A stretch of DNA of 64,000 nt from an uncultured Collinsella sp. (GTDB taxonomy: Bacteria > Actinomycetota > Coriobacteriia > Coriobacteriales > Coriobacteriaceae): NCBI GenBank assembly GCA_902490365.1, contig CABUDQ010000001.1, positions 2,531 to 66,530 of the forward strand, written 5' to 3'. The notes under the pieces are model-generated. The model was not told the origin of the DNA and did no database searches. It was given only the letters and a program-made list of their open reading frames with translations. The translations under genes were made by a program, and so were the position numbers. Positions 28,138 to 37,832 of the stretch are shown one piece after another; position 1 is the first letter of the stretch, and every line of letters begins with the position of its first letter.

Positions 28138-29082
28138 CTACTCCTCGCGGTCGAACTCCTCGTCGGCGCCGAGCACGCGACCGCTGTAATTGACATGGTT
28201 GGTCACGGCTTCCATATCGCCGGTCTCGATAAAGCGGGCAACCGTGCACTCGTAATCGAGCAGCGCGCGGTCAAAGACCTCGGGGAAGCTCTCGGTCGAG
28301 ACTTCATCGGTAAAGGGGTTCTTCCATGCCAAGTGACCCAGGTTGCCGGTGCGCTCGGGCAGCTCCGTCGTCACGCGGTGCGCAAGGCCGTCGAGCAGCG
28401 AATAGTCGTGCACCAAGCCCTCAACCAGCGAGATCGCGCGCGTCTTTACGGAGCCGGCCGGCTCAATCGCACGGTAAAGTCGCTGCATATTGGCAACGGC
28501 AGCACCGTACTCCCCCGCCGGAATGTCAATACCGTACACGCGTCCGGCAACATAGCTCATCAGCACGCCGGCCACGCGATTGATGCGATCGGTGGTGACG
28601 ATCTCGCCCGCCGGCGGGTAATCGTCAACCGTAGCGCCATCGCGTTTAAGCTGCAGCATCAGTACATCCAGGTCGCTCTCGATCACGGCATGGACCTGAC
28701 TGCTCGAATCCTCAAGCTCTGAATCGGACTCCACGATGCCAAACTGTTGCTCATAGACAAAGGGGTGAGCGTTGCGGTCGAGCACGTAATGAGACAGCAG
28801 GCCCAGCGCAAAGGCACGACCCAAGCTGGCGTCGCGCGGCAGCAGATGCGACACGCCATCGCGCAGGCACGCGAACTGGCGAGACATGCGCGACCGATGC
28901 ATGACCTGCGCCAGCAGCGTGCAGTCGGAAACACGCGGTGTCAGAATGTGAAAGAAAAACGGGTCGGGGCCTTGGTTGCCCAAGATAAAGGCAATGCGCT
29001 CTTCATCGGACGTGATGACGCCCTGCGGAAGACGGTCGATGCTTTCCTCGCCAAACAGATGATGGGTGATAAGCGCGGGCAT
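28138..29082 (-). CDS. Zinc-dependent phospholipase C family protein
   Basis: MPALITH, GNQGPD, HYVLDRNAHP, HAVIE metal-ligand pattern. Confidence 0.78.
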   Translation of the reverse strand: MPALITHHLFGEESIDRLPQGVITSDEERIAFILGNQGPDPFFFHILTPRVSDCTLLAQVMHRSRMSRQFACLRDGVSHLLPRDASLGRAFALGLLSHYVLDRNAHPFVYEQQFGIVESDSELEDSSSQVHAVIESDLDVLMLQLKRDGATVDDYPPAGEIVTTDRINRVAGVLMSYVAGRVYGIDIPAGEYGAAVANMQRLYRAIEPAGSVKTRAISLVEGLVHDYSLLDGLAHRVTTELPERTGNLGHLAWKNPFTDEVSTESFPEVFDRALLDYECTVARFIETGDMEAVTNHVNYSGRVLGADEEFDREE

Positions 29083-29174
29083 AATGATCCTTTCGATTTC
29101 ATTCGATGCCACCCATTATGCCCACTGCGCGCCCATGCCAAACCCGCGGTGGTAAACGACGGCACGCAAGCCTC

Positions 29175-29909
29175 TTACGCAAGCCCCAGGTGCGACTTGA
29201 CCTCGGCGGCACGACGACGGGACACCGGCACCGTCGAGCTCACGCGGTCGAGCCTGAGCTCCATCAAGCCCGTGGAGCCAATCTCAACATTGTGCACGTC
29301 TTCCAAATTGACCAGATAGCTGCGATGAACGCGAATAAAGCCCTCGGAGCCCAAGCGACGTTCGAGCGAAGAGATCGACTCATTGATCAGATATGTTCCC
29401 TCGGCGCAGACGGCGTTGCAAAAATCGGCACGCGCCTCAAAGTAGCAGACATCCGCCACGGGGATAAACACCTTTTTGCCCCCGCGATCCACCGTCAGGC
29501 GCAAGGGCTGGCGCGGAGCATGGACGACACGACGAACGCCCAGGGCGGCCTCGATCTTATCGAGCGCCTTTGACAGGCGGGCATCCTCGACCGGCTTGAC
29601 GACGTAATCAATGGCATCGAGGTTATAGGCATCGGCCGCATACTCGGCAAATGCCGTCACAAACACCACGACCGGCGGCGTTTTTAGGTTCTGCAGCGTC
29701 TCGGCAAGCTCGATTCCCGAGCGGCCGGGCATCGTGATATCCAAAAACAGCACGTCGGGCTTGTTCGACAGAATCGACTCCACGGCCTCGGTGACATTGC
29801 CCGCCTCGGCAATCTGTCCCACACGTGCATCCTTTTCCAGCAGATAACGTAGCTCGGCCCTAATAGGAGGCTCGTCATCAACCACCAAGATGTTCCATCC
29901 CTCGGACAT
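29175..29909 (-). CDS. LytTR-family response regulator (system 2)
   Basis: VVDDE, FLDITMP, DYVVKP, FIRVHRSYLVN, VPVSRR; paralogous to 23287-24003. Confidence 0.93.
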   Translation of the reverse strand: MSEGWNILVVDDEPPIRAELRYLLEKDARVGQIAEAGNVTEAVESILSNKPDVLFLDITMPGRSGIELAETLQNLKTPPVVVFVTAFAEYAADAYNLDAIDYVVKPVEDARLSKALDKIEAALGVRRVVHAPRQPLRLTVDRGGKKVFIPVADVCYFEARADFCNAVCAEGTYLINESISSLERRLGSEGFIRVHRSYLVNLEDVHNVEIGSTGLMELRLDRVSSTVPVSRRRAAEVKSHLGLA

Positions 29910-29948
29910 ATGCGCTTCCCCTCTTTTTTCTCTCAATCCAACCGCGCG

Positions 29949-31340
29949 CTACACCTTCATCGGCGCCGGCTCATGCGGCTCGCCGTTCAGCTCGACGATG
30001 ACCTGCGTTCCCACGCCCTCCTGGGACTTCACGCGCATGCCAGAATCTTCCCCGTAAAAGAAATGGATGCGCTGAAGCACGTTGAAGAGCGCCAGGCCGC
30101 AGCCTCGCTTGATGGAGCCGTCGGCGGTAATGCTCTCGGGCTCCTCTCGGCGATGCTGCTCAAACAGGTGCGCGCAGACTTCTTCGCTCATACCGATGCC
30201 GTCATCTTCGACGATGATCTCCAGACCGTCATCGGTCTCAAAAGCCCTAACACGAATAGAAAGCGGCTCGGTCTCGCGCTGCGCATGCTTGATGCAGTTT
30301 TCGAGCAGCGGCTGCAAGATAAACGGCGGCACCATGCTGTCGCGCACCTCAAAGTCGATGTCGACCGAGACGCGCAGACGGCCGTCGCCATACCGGGCCT
30401 GCATAAGATTGATATAACGAGTGCCCTGTTCCACCTCGTGCTCGAGCGTGGTGAGCGTATCGGAGTCAGAAAGCGTCTGACGATAGTAGTTGGAGAAGTC
30501 GATCAGCAGCGATCGCGCCTTGTCGGGCTCGGTTCGAACGAGCGACACGATGGTGCTGATGGTATTGAATAGAAAATGCGGGTCGACCTGCGACTGCAGG
30601 GCGCGAAGCTCCACGCGGGCCGTGAGCTCGTCCTGGCGCTCGAGCTCAAAGCTGGCGAGCTGCGTGGAAATGAGATCGGCAAAGCCCGAGGCCAACGCCG
30701 TCTGGCGCATATCGATGCTGCTCAGGCGTGGGTAATACAGCTCGAGCGTGCCCACGCAATGCCCGCGCACGGTCAGCGGCGCGACAATGCCGGCGCGCAG
30801 ACGGGGAAAATAGCCGCCCGTCTCATTGGAGGCGTCACGCGAAAATACACTCTGTTCGCCAGACTCGATCACGTTGAGCGTGGTCTTGAGCACGACCGGG
30901 GTGCCGGCAGGGCACTTTGCCGAGTCCTCGCCCCAGCTTGCCAACACCTGTTTGCCATCGGTAAAGCAGATGGCAGAGGCGATGGTCTCGGACAGGATAA
31001 TTTTAGAGGCGCCCAGGGCCGCTTCGGGCGTAAGGCCACGCGACGTGTAGGCGAATATTTTTGATGCGATGGCGAGCGTACGGTCGGTTGCGCTCGATGT
31101 GAGGTCGTCGGGGACCACAAAGACGTACGAGAAAAAGAAGCACAGCATGACCAGGCCGGCAATAACGACAACGCCCGGAACGGGATTGGGATTATCGGTT
31201 AAATCCCAGATAAGCAGCAGGATAAGCGCCGGAACGACAATACCGAGCAGGATGGCCTGAACCACATGCTGGGCCGTACGAAAGACCTTGGTAGAGTTGT
31301 AGCTCTTGCCCAGAATCAGCCTGTTTAAATCCACCGTCAT
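29949..31340 (-). CDS. LytS/YpdA-type sensor histidine kinase (system 2)
   Basis: ALQSQVDPHFLFNTI, QPLLENCIKH, DDGIG, GVGT; 2 N-terminal TM. Confidence 0.92.
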   Translation of the reverse strand: MTVDLNRLILGKSYNSTKVFRTAQHVVQAILLGIVVPALILLLIWDLTDNPNPVPGVVVIAGLVMLCFFFSYVFVVPDDLTSSATDRTLAIASKIFAYTSRGLTPEAALGASKIILSETIASAICFTDGKQVLASWGEDSAKCPAGTPVVLKTTLNVIESGEQSVFSRDASNETGGYFPRLRAGIVAPLTVRGHCVGTLELYYPRLSSIDMRQTALASGFADLISTQLASFELERQDELTARVELRALQSQVDPHFLFNTISTIVSLVRTEPDKARSLLIDFSNYYRQTLSDSDTLTTLEHEVEQGTRYINLMQARYGDGRLRVSVDIDFEVRDSMVPPFILQPLLENCIKHAQRETEPLSIRVRAFETDDGLEIIVEDDGIGMSEEVCAHLFEQHRREEPESITADGSIKRGCGLALFNVLQRIHFFYGEDSGMRVKSQEGVGTQVIVELNGEPHEPAPMKV

Positions 31341-31451
31341 CCCCTCTTGTCCGTAGCACCCATAGCAATAAAGAGGGCCGCAAGCGACCCTCTCCATTGC
31401 ATTATGCAATCAAAAACTGTGTTTTACATCAAGCCATCGACAAACGGTATC

Positions 31452-32729
31452 TTAGGCGCTGTATTTGTTAGCCTCACCAAAAGTGCCAGCCTCGACGATC
31501 CAGCCGTCCTTCATGATGACGTCCATGTTGTCGGTGTTGAGCACGTGAATGTCAGCGGCGACGTCACCGTTGACGACCAGCAGGTCGGCGCACTTGCCGG
31601 CCTCGATGGAACCGGTCTCGTCCTCGATGTGGCACATCTTGGCACCGTTGAGGGTAGCGCAGGTGATGGTCTCGACCGGGGTGAAACCGATCTTGTCGAC
31701 GAACTCGTACATCTCCTCGATGGAGCAGGTGCCGTACGGGGTGACGAAGGAGAAGGAGTCGGAGCCGATCGTCATGACGACGCCGCGCTTCTTGGCCTCG
31801 CGCAGGCAGTCGTAGTTGCGCTGCAGCTCCTTCTCGACCAGGGTGCCCTCGTACTTGTCGTGCAGCTCGGGGACGTAGACGGGCGGATAGGTGGCGTACC
31901 AGGTGGGCAGGAAGGCGATCGTCGGGGTGAAGAAGGTGCCCTGCTCGGCCATGAGGTCCATGGTGCGCTCATCGATATCGAAGCCGTGAATCAGCTGCTC
32001 GCAGCCAAAGCGAACGGAATCGTAGGCAGCGGCGTGGTTGTTGTAGCAGTGGCTCCACACGGGGATGCCGACCATCTTTGCCTCTTCGACCACGGCCTGG
32101 ATCTCCTCGGAGCAGTAGTGCTGGTCGCGACCGGAGTCCCAGCGCCAGATGCCGCCACCGGTAGCCCAGATCTTGATGGCATCGGGGTTCTCGCGCAGGC
32201 GACGACGGACGGCCTTGCGCAGATCCCAAGGACCGTCGACCTGGTCGCCCCAGGGGTGCGATTCCTTGTTGAGCTGCTGGCTGCAGTGGTGGGAGTCGCC
32301 GTGGCCGGCAACGCGGCAGAAGCCGAGGCCGGTGGCCAGAACGCGCGGGCCCTTGAAGACGCCCTTGTCGATGCAGTCGCGGATCTGGATACCAAAGCGG
32401 CCGATCTCGCAGACGGTGGTGAGACCGTGGGTGAGGCAGTCGTAGGCCTGCTTGACGGCGACGGCCTGCTTCTCGAGGAGCGGCTGCATGACCCAGTCGG
32501 TGTCATCGTCGGTCAGGTTGCCCGAGAAGTGCAGGTGGGTGTCGATCAGGCCGGGAAGGACGGTCTTGCCGGCCGCGTCGATAACCTCAACGCCCTCGGG
32601 AAGGTCCTGCATGACACCGGCATACTCGATCTTGCCATTGTCGTCGACGAGAACGAGGGAGTTCTCGACCGGCTCGGCACCGGTACCGTCGATGAGCTTG
32701 CCGCCAACGATTGCATACTTAGTGGACAT
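31452..32729 (-). CDS. Metal-dependent amidohydrolase (Xaa-Pro dipeptidase-like subfamily)
   Basis: PGLIDTHLH, IKIWATGG, SH, IHG, GSD, GSIEAGKCADL. Confidence 0.88.
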   Translation of the reverse strand: MSTKYAIVGGKLIDGTGAEPVENSLVLVDDNGKIEYAGVMQDLPEGVEVIDAAGKTVLPGLIDTHLHFSGNLTDDDTDWVMQPLLEKQAVAVKQAYDCLTHGLTTVCEIGRFGIQIRDCIDKGVFKGPRVLATGLGFCRVAGHGDSHHCSQQLNKESHPWGDQVDGPWDLRKAVRRRLRENPDAIKIWATGGGIWRWDSGRDQHYCSEEIQAVVEEAKMVGIPVWSHCYNNHAAAYDSVRFGCEQLIHGFDIDERTMDLMAEQGTFFTPTIAFLPTWYATYPPVYVPELHDKYEGTLVEKELQRNYDCLREAKKRGVVMTIGSDSFSFVTPYGTCSIEEMYEFVDKIGFTPVETITCATLNGAKMCHIEDETGSIEAGKCADLLVVNGDVAADIHVLNTDNMDVIMKDGWIVEAGTFGEANKYSA

Positions 32730-32860
32730 GGTTCCTCCTTATGGATCCATATAGTGGGCGAGGCCGCGTTGGGTTAAGGCCTCACAAAACTACCCAAGTG
32801 GTGCCGGGTTCGGTGCGCGGAAGAGAGGGTTCCGCGCACCCGATCCGCCCCGGCTAGGCG

Positions 32861-34312
32861 TTATTTTTTGCGGGAATTGGTGAAGGCCATGAGGGCCAGG
32901 CCAATAGCCAGCCAGCCGATCACGATGCTCCACTCCACCATGTTGAGGGAGGCGGGAGAGAACGGGATCACGAGCAGGCCAATGATGGTGCCGCAGGCAA
33001 CGATAGCGAGGCTGATGCCAAACTTGCCGCCGGGCACCTCGTAGGGACGAGGCAGGTCGGGCTCGGTGAAGCGCATGCGCAGGCAAGCGAGAGCGACCAT
33101 GCCGCAGGAGAAGATGAAGGCGAGAGCCGACACGTTGGTCAGAGGGATGAGCATGTTCTTGCCCAGGAACGGACCGACGACGGTGATGACGCCCAGAACG
33201 ACGCAGGCGAGCTTGGGAGCGCCGGACTTGGGATCGACCTCGGCGAACTTCTCGGGCAGCTGGCCCTTGCGGCCCATGGCGAGCATGATGCGGCTCGTGG
33301 CGCCGTAGAAGGAGTTCATCGGGCCCATGGGTCCAAGCGTGGCAATGACGAGCATGGCCAGGTACAGGAGCATGTTGATGCCCTTGAGGCAGGCAAGCGC
33401 GGGAACCGGGCTCTTAACGAACTCATGCCAGTCGAGGATGGTGCCGAACGAGTAGATGCAGACCATGTAGAAGCCGCCTGCGGCCAGCAGGGCCAGGGAG
33501 ATGATCTTGCCGAACTTGTTCCAGTTGAGGCCCTCGGCTGCTTCCTCAGCCTGCTGAGGAATGGTGTCGAAGCCGGCATAGAAGAACGGGGTCAGAACCA
33601 GGACCGAAACGATGCCTGCGAACAGGCTGGTGCCCTCGGTAGCAGGCTTGCCGCCGCCAGCACCGGTGACCTGGGAGAACACGGGCATGGCGTTGTCCGG
33701 CGAGCCGGTGAACAGCGAGACGCCCATGGCGAGCAGCATGCCGCAGAGCAGGGCCTTGGTCAGGAAGGCCTGCAGCTTGGCGGCTGAGCTGGCACCGCGG
33801 AAGTTGAGGAAGATGACGTAGACTGCAAAGCCGAGCGCGATCAGCGTCGGGAACAGGTAAACGTCGGCGCCCAGGATGGTATAGAGCTTGACGGCACGCA
33901 GCCACTCAAGACCGGGCAGGCTGCCGAACATCTCGGACACGAGGGTCGAGATAGCGATTGCCTCCCACGGGCACAGGATGCCGTTGCCCAGGGCCAGGAG
34001 CCAACCGGTGATATAGCTCAGCGTACGGCCAAAGCTACGATCGACATACTCGACAATGCCGCCCGAGATGGGGATAGCAGCCGTGAGCTCACCGAAAACA
34101 GCTCCGACGGGCACGAGAAAGATTGCACCCAAGAGGAATGCGATCATAGCGGGAACGGGACCGCCGCCCACGACCATCCAGTCGCCGACCTGCAGAACCC
34201 AGCCAGTTCCGATGATGGCACCGAAACCGATGGTGAAGAAGTTCCAGAGCGAAAGCGTTTTCTTCATGCCACCGTTACCTTCGACTGCAACTTCTGCGTT
34301 CTTGTCCGCCAT
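32861..34312 (-). CDS. APC-family amino acid permease
   Basis: GFGAIIGTGW, ELTAAIPISGG, FFYAGFD, RPYEVPGG; 12 TM. Confidence 0.92.
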   Translation of the reverse strand: MADKNAEVAVEGNGGMKKTLSLWNFFTIGFGAIIGTGWVLQVGDWMVVGGGPVPAMIAFLLGAIFLVPVGAVFGELTAAIPISGGIVEYVDRSFGRTLSYITGWLLALGNGILCPWEAIAISTLVSEMFGSLPGLEWLRAVKLYTILGADVYLFPTLIALGFAVYVIFLNFRGASSAAKLQAFLTKALLCGMLLAMGVSLFTGSPDNAMPVFSQVTGAGGGKPATEGTSLFAGIVSVLVLTPFFYAGFDTIPQQAEEAAEGLNWNKFGKIISLALLAAGGFYMVCIYSFGTILDWHEFVKSPVPALACLKGINMLLYLAMLVIATLGPMGPMNSFYGATSRIMLAMGRKGQLPEKFAEVDPKSGAPKLACVVLGVITVVGPFLGKNMLIPLTNVSALAFIFSCGMVALACLRMRFTEPDLPRPYEVPGGKFGISLAIVACGTIIGLLVIPFSPASLNMVEWSIVIGWLAIGLALMAFTNSRKK

Positions 34313-34456
34313 TGTTCCCCTCCTTTCCTTATTGACGCCTCTTTGGCGTCACCCCTTGCGTGGCCTGTTTTGCCGCGCGCTTTTATTTCGTGGCTTTAAG
34401 ATACGGCCTTGGCACAGCAGCGCCGCTTGCGGCTCGACCGAAGGCAGAACTGCAAA

Positions 34457-34485
34457 ACGAGCGGCGCCGTTTTTGGGACGAACGG
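34457..34485 (-). promoter_or_regulatory. Candidate LytTR binding site upstream of the APC permease operon
   Basis: On the - strand CCGTTCGT-N13-CCGCTCGT (21-bp period), with a weaker third copy near 34434-34441. Confidence 0.45.
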
Positions 34486-34668
34486 AGGAAGACGTCATTC
34501 GTCTTGGACGCTTTCATCTTGGCTGCTTTTGAATACCTGTTGCCGTGACGCTTGGCGCGCGGCGCGGCAACGTTCATACCATTTGTCAGGCTTTTGGCGC
34601 ACATGCCCATGTGTCGTGCATCTTTTTATGTAGGATAGACAAGTTACACATGAGGCAAGGTGATTCGA

Positions 34669-35670
34669 ATGGCATATGGATACAATGACGGCGACCAACG
34701 GCCACAAAGCGTGCGCCTTGCCGGCCGCACCACGCCAACGCCCAGAAGCACCTCCGACAACGGCAACCCGCAGCGCCCCCAAGAGCAACTCGGGGCTTCT
34801 TCGCGGCAACAAAGCCGTACCGTGCAGCAGTCAGACCGCGTGAGCACGAGCGCACGCCAACGCCAGATCGACACATCGCAGCCGCGCCGCTACGATTGCC
34901 GTACGACCGACCACTACGTTAAGCGCTCCTTTTCGCCACCTCAACGCAATCGCGGCAATTCCGCCCCTCGCCCCGCGTCGCACACCACAAGCCACGCACT
35001 TCCGGCCCGCCGCCTACGCCTTGCGCTTTGCTCCATTGCCGCCTGCCTCGTCTTTGTGTTTTTGGGATCCTGTATCTTGCACGGATCAGCCGGTCTTGAG
35101 CCCACTGCCGAGGACAAGCTGCTTAAAGCTCCCGTCGCGCCCGGTTACTCCTTTGCGTTCTCGACCCCACGCTCGCAATGGCAGGCCGGCACCATGCCCC
35201 ACATCTACCAAATTGACCCCGCATGGTCGGAGCTGCCCTATGCCGGTGGCACTATTCGCGAAAACGCTTGCGGCCCCACTTGCCTCACCATGGTCTATAT
35301 CTTTAAGACCGGCCACACCGATAAGACGCCGGTCGATATATGCACACTGGCCGAAGCCGGCAACTACGCCCCCACTGGTGCCACCGAGTGGTCGTTTATG
35401 ACAGGCGGTGCGTGGCAGCTGGGACTCAACGGAACACAGCTCTATAACGATCGTGAATCGATTACCCAAGCACTTCGCGCGGGTGCGCCCGTTATCGCCG
35501 CAGTGCGCCCCGGTACGTTTACCAACGTAGGCCACTACATCGTGCTCTACGGCATCGACGATGCCAACCAGATTGGCGTCTACGACCCCAACTCGGCCAG
35601 CCGCAGCGCCCGCCGCTGGGGCGTCGTAGAGGTCCTCAACGAAGTCGAAGCCATGTGGGCCTACTACTAG
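34669..35670 (+). CDS. Membrane-anchored C39-like (papain-fold) peptidase
   Basis: Disordered basic N-terminus, one TM, then YQIDP, ACGPT (Cys), GHY (His), YDP (Asp). Confidence 0.82.
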   Translation: MAYGYNDGDQRPQSVRLAGRTTPTPRSTSDNGNPQRPQEQLGASSRQQSRTVQQSDRVSTSARQRQIDTSQPRRYDCRTTDHYVKRSFSPPQRNRGNSAPRPASHTTSHALPARRLRLALCSIAACLVFVFLGSCILHGSAGLEPTAEDKLLKAPVAPGYSFAFSTPRSQWQAGTMPHIYQIDPAWSELPYAGGTIRENACGPTCLTMVYIFKTGHTDKTPVDICTLAEAGNYAPTGATEWSFMTGGAWQLGLNGTQLYNDRESITQALRAGAPVIAAVRPGTFTNVGHYIVLYGIDDANQIGVYDPNSASRSARRWGVVEVLNEVEAMWAYY

Positions 35671-36070
35671 TCATTGGGGACACTCATTGGGGACAGACTT
35701 AAATGAGTAGTCCCAGATTGCCAGGAACCGCCGGTACGGAAAGCGCATCCCACTTTGGAACTCAATGGTGAGATGCGCTTTCCGCTAGCGGTCCGTTTGG
35801 GAAACAACATCCCGCTTTTCGGCCAAATTCCGGGATGCATTTTCCCGTTGAGGACCTCAAGGGAAACTAGATCCCGTTTTGGACGTTCATCCTGGGATGC
35901 ACTTTCCGCAGTTGATCGACAGTGGCCTTTAAGGACTGTCCCAAGCTGCCGGCAGGAAAGGAACGTCCCCAAGTGCCGGGTTTCCGCAGTCATTGGGGAC
36001 AAACTTAAATGAATAGTCGTTGAGGACGTTCTTGTTTGACTAGTCGTTTAAGAACGTCCCCAATGACTAG
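35667..36070. mobile_element. 404-bp non-coding MITE/REPIN-like element with 15-bp perfect terminal inverted repeats
   Basis: CTAGTCATTGGGGAC (35667-35681) / GTCCCCAATGACTAG (36056-36070); internal REP-like units and a 62-bp palindromic array; no transposase. Confidence 0.6.
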
Positions 36071-36079
36071 GTGAATAGC

Positions 36080-36112
36080 AAAAGCCCCGCAGTCGGAGCG
36101 GACTGCGGGGCT
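36080..36112 (-). terminator. arcC terminator
   Basis: AGCCCCGCAGTC / GACTGCGGGGCT 12-bp stem with an A-run on the + strand. Confidence 0.8.
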
Positions 36113-36177
36113 CATGAAGAGAGGCTAGTCTGTGGGCGCTTTGCCTGGCGCCCACGAGAGATGCAACAGGGTAGAGA

Positions 36178-37140
36178 CTACTCGTGGATGCGGGTACCGG
36201 AGAGACCGGCCATGGTCTCGGCGGCCTTGTCCAGGGCGCCGATGATGCAGGTGCGGCCCTTGCGGGAACGGGCAAACTTGATGGCAGCGCGGACCTTGGG
36301 CTCCATGGAACCCTTGCCGAACTGGCCCTCGTCGGCCAGGCGCTCGGCCTCGTCGGCGGTGAGGTCCTCGAGCTCCTCCTGGTTGGGCTTGCCAAAGTTG
36401 ATGGCGACATGCTCAACGGCGGTCAGCAGGAACAGAACGTCGGCGTCGCAGTCCTCGGCCAGCAGCTCGCCGCCCAGGTCCTTGTCGATGACGGCGGGAA
36501 CGCCCTTGTAGCAGCCCTTGTTCTCGTAGTCGCGGACGACGGGGATGCCGCCGCCACCGCAGGCGATGACGATGAACTCGTTGTCGAGCAGGTTGAGGAT
36601 GGAGTCAGCCTCGACGATCTTCTTGGGATCGGGGGAAGCGACGACGCGACGCCAGCCGCGGCCGGAATCCTCGACGAAGACCTTGGAGGGATCCTCGGCC
36701 ATGAACTCCTTGGCCTGCTCCTCGGTGTAGAAGGGGCCGATCGGCTTGGTCGGATTCTTGAACGCGGGATCGTCGGGATCGCACTCGATCTGGGTGACGA
36801 CGGTGGCGGCGTGCCAACGCTTATAGCGCTTGTGCATCTCGCGGCCGATGCCCTGCTGCAGGTGATAACCAATGTAGCCCTGGGACATGGCGCCGCACTC
36901 GGGCAGCGGCATCTCGGGGGTACCGATGGCATCGTGGGCAGCGGCGAAGGCGTTCTGGATCATGCCGACCTGCGGGCCGTTGCCGTGGGTGATGATGATC
37001 TCATTGCCCTGCTCGATAAGACCAAGGAGAGCGTGGGCGGTGTTGCTCACGGCCTCGATCTGCTCGACGGGGTTGTTGCCGAGGGCGTTGCCGCCGAGGG
37101 CGACGACAATACGATCGGGCTTGCCAAGAGGCTTAGACAT
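36178..37140 (-). CDS. arcC: Carbamate kinase
   Basis: VALGGNAL, THGNGPQVG, PTKPIGPFY, GWRRVVASP, GGGGIPV, AVIDKD, GSMEPK. Confidence 0.96.
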   Translation of the reverse strand: MSKPLGKPDRIVVALGGNALGNNPVEQIEAVSNTAHALLGLIEQGNEIIITHGNGPQVGMIQNAFAAAHDAIGTPEMPLPECGAMSQGYIGYHLQQGIGREMHKRYKRWHAATVVTQIECDPDDPAFKNPTKPIGPFYTEEQAKEFMAEDPSKVFVEDSGRGWRRVVASPDPKKIVEADSILNLLDNEFIVIACGGGGIPVVRDYENKGCYKGVPAVIDKDLGGELLAEDCDADVLFLLTAVEHVAINFGKPNQEELEDLTADEAERLADEGQFGKGSMEPKVRAAIKFARSRKGRTCIIGALDKAAETMAGLSGTRIHE

Positions 37141-37731
37141 TGCTGGAATCCTTTCTGTAAAAGGCCTACAACCCATTAATAACCCGCGTCCGTGCGATAC
37201 GCGAGTTTATTAAGGTTTATATTCTCTTTATCGCTCATTTTATTCATTTTGAAAATACCTAAGCGGCGAACGGTCGATTTTACCCGCTCAGCGTAAAGAA
37301 GCCCAGTTCAGGCATATCTACGCCATTTACGTGCAACTTTATTTAAATAGAGCAGGGATTAGACCAGATTATGCAAACTATATCTTTGCTAAACACAAAA
37401 CGGACAGCGCAATATCTTACTCGCACTATACGCGATTCTATACATTAATTTGACGAGTATGCACCCCTGCAAAAACATGGGGCTTTTCATCCAACATAAG
37501 GGATAGCCGATCGCGCTTCACCCCGCGGCAAGCGACTGCGAGTTCGCAGTATGGAACTTTACCGTCGGCTTCTGCATGAACGCTGCCGACGCCCTTTCGC
37601 TCCTGCGCGCCCAAGCAGCCGAGAACGCTAACGGCGCCACTGTCAACCTGGCCACCCTCAACAACGGCGCCGCCAGCCTTTTCGCAAAGTACCGTGCTGG
37701 TTCGCTGGCTTTGAGGCCTAAGTGAGCTTTG

Positions 37732-37817
37732 CTATTTGCCAATTTTTGTATGATTTGGGTCAAATCTATTTGTCAATTTTTGTATGATTAGGGGCAAATC
37801 TATTTGCCAATTTTTGT
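37732..37817 (+). repeat. 34-bp-period tandem repeat (3 core copies) directly upstream of the ATPase RBS
   Basis: CTATTTG(C/T)CAATTTTTGT at 37732, 37766 and 37800. Confidence 0.9.
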
Positions 37818-37832
37818 TAATGAGGTGTTTTA

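Noticed and set aside
35667..36012. ORFs 35667-36002 (-) and 35755-36012 (+)
   Set aside because: They lie wholly within the repeat element, with no RBS or transposase motifs.
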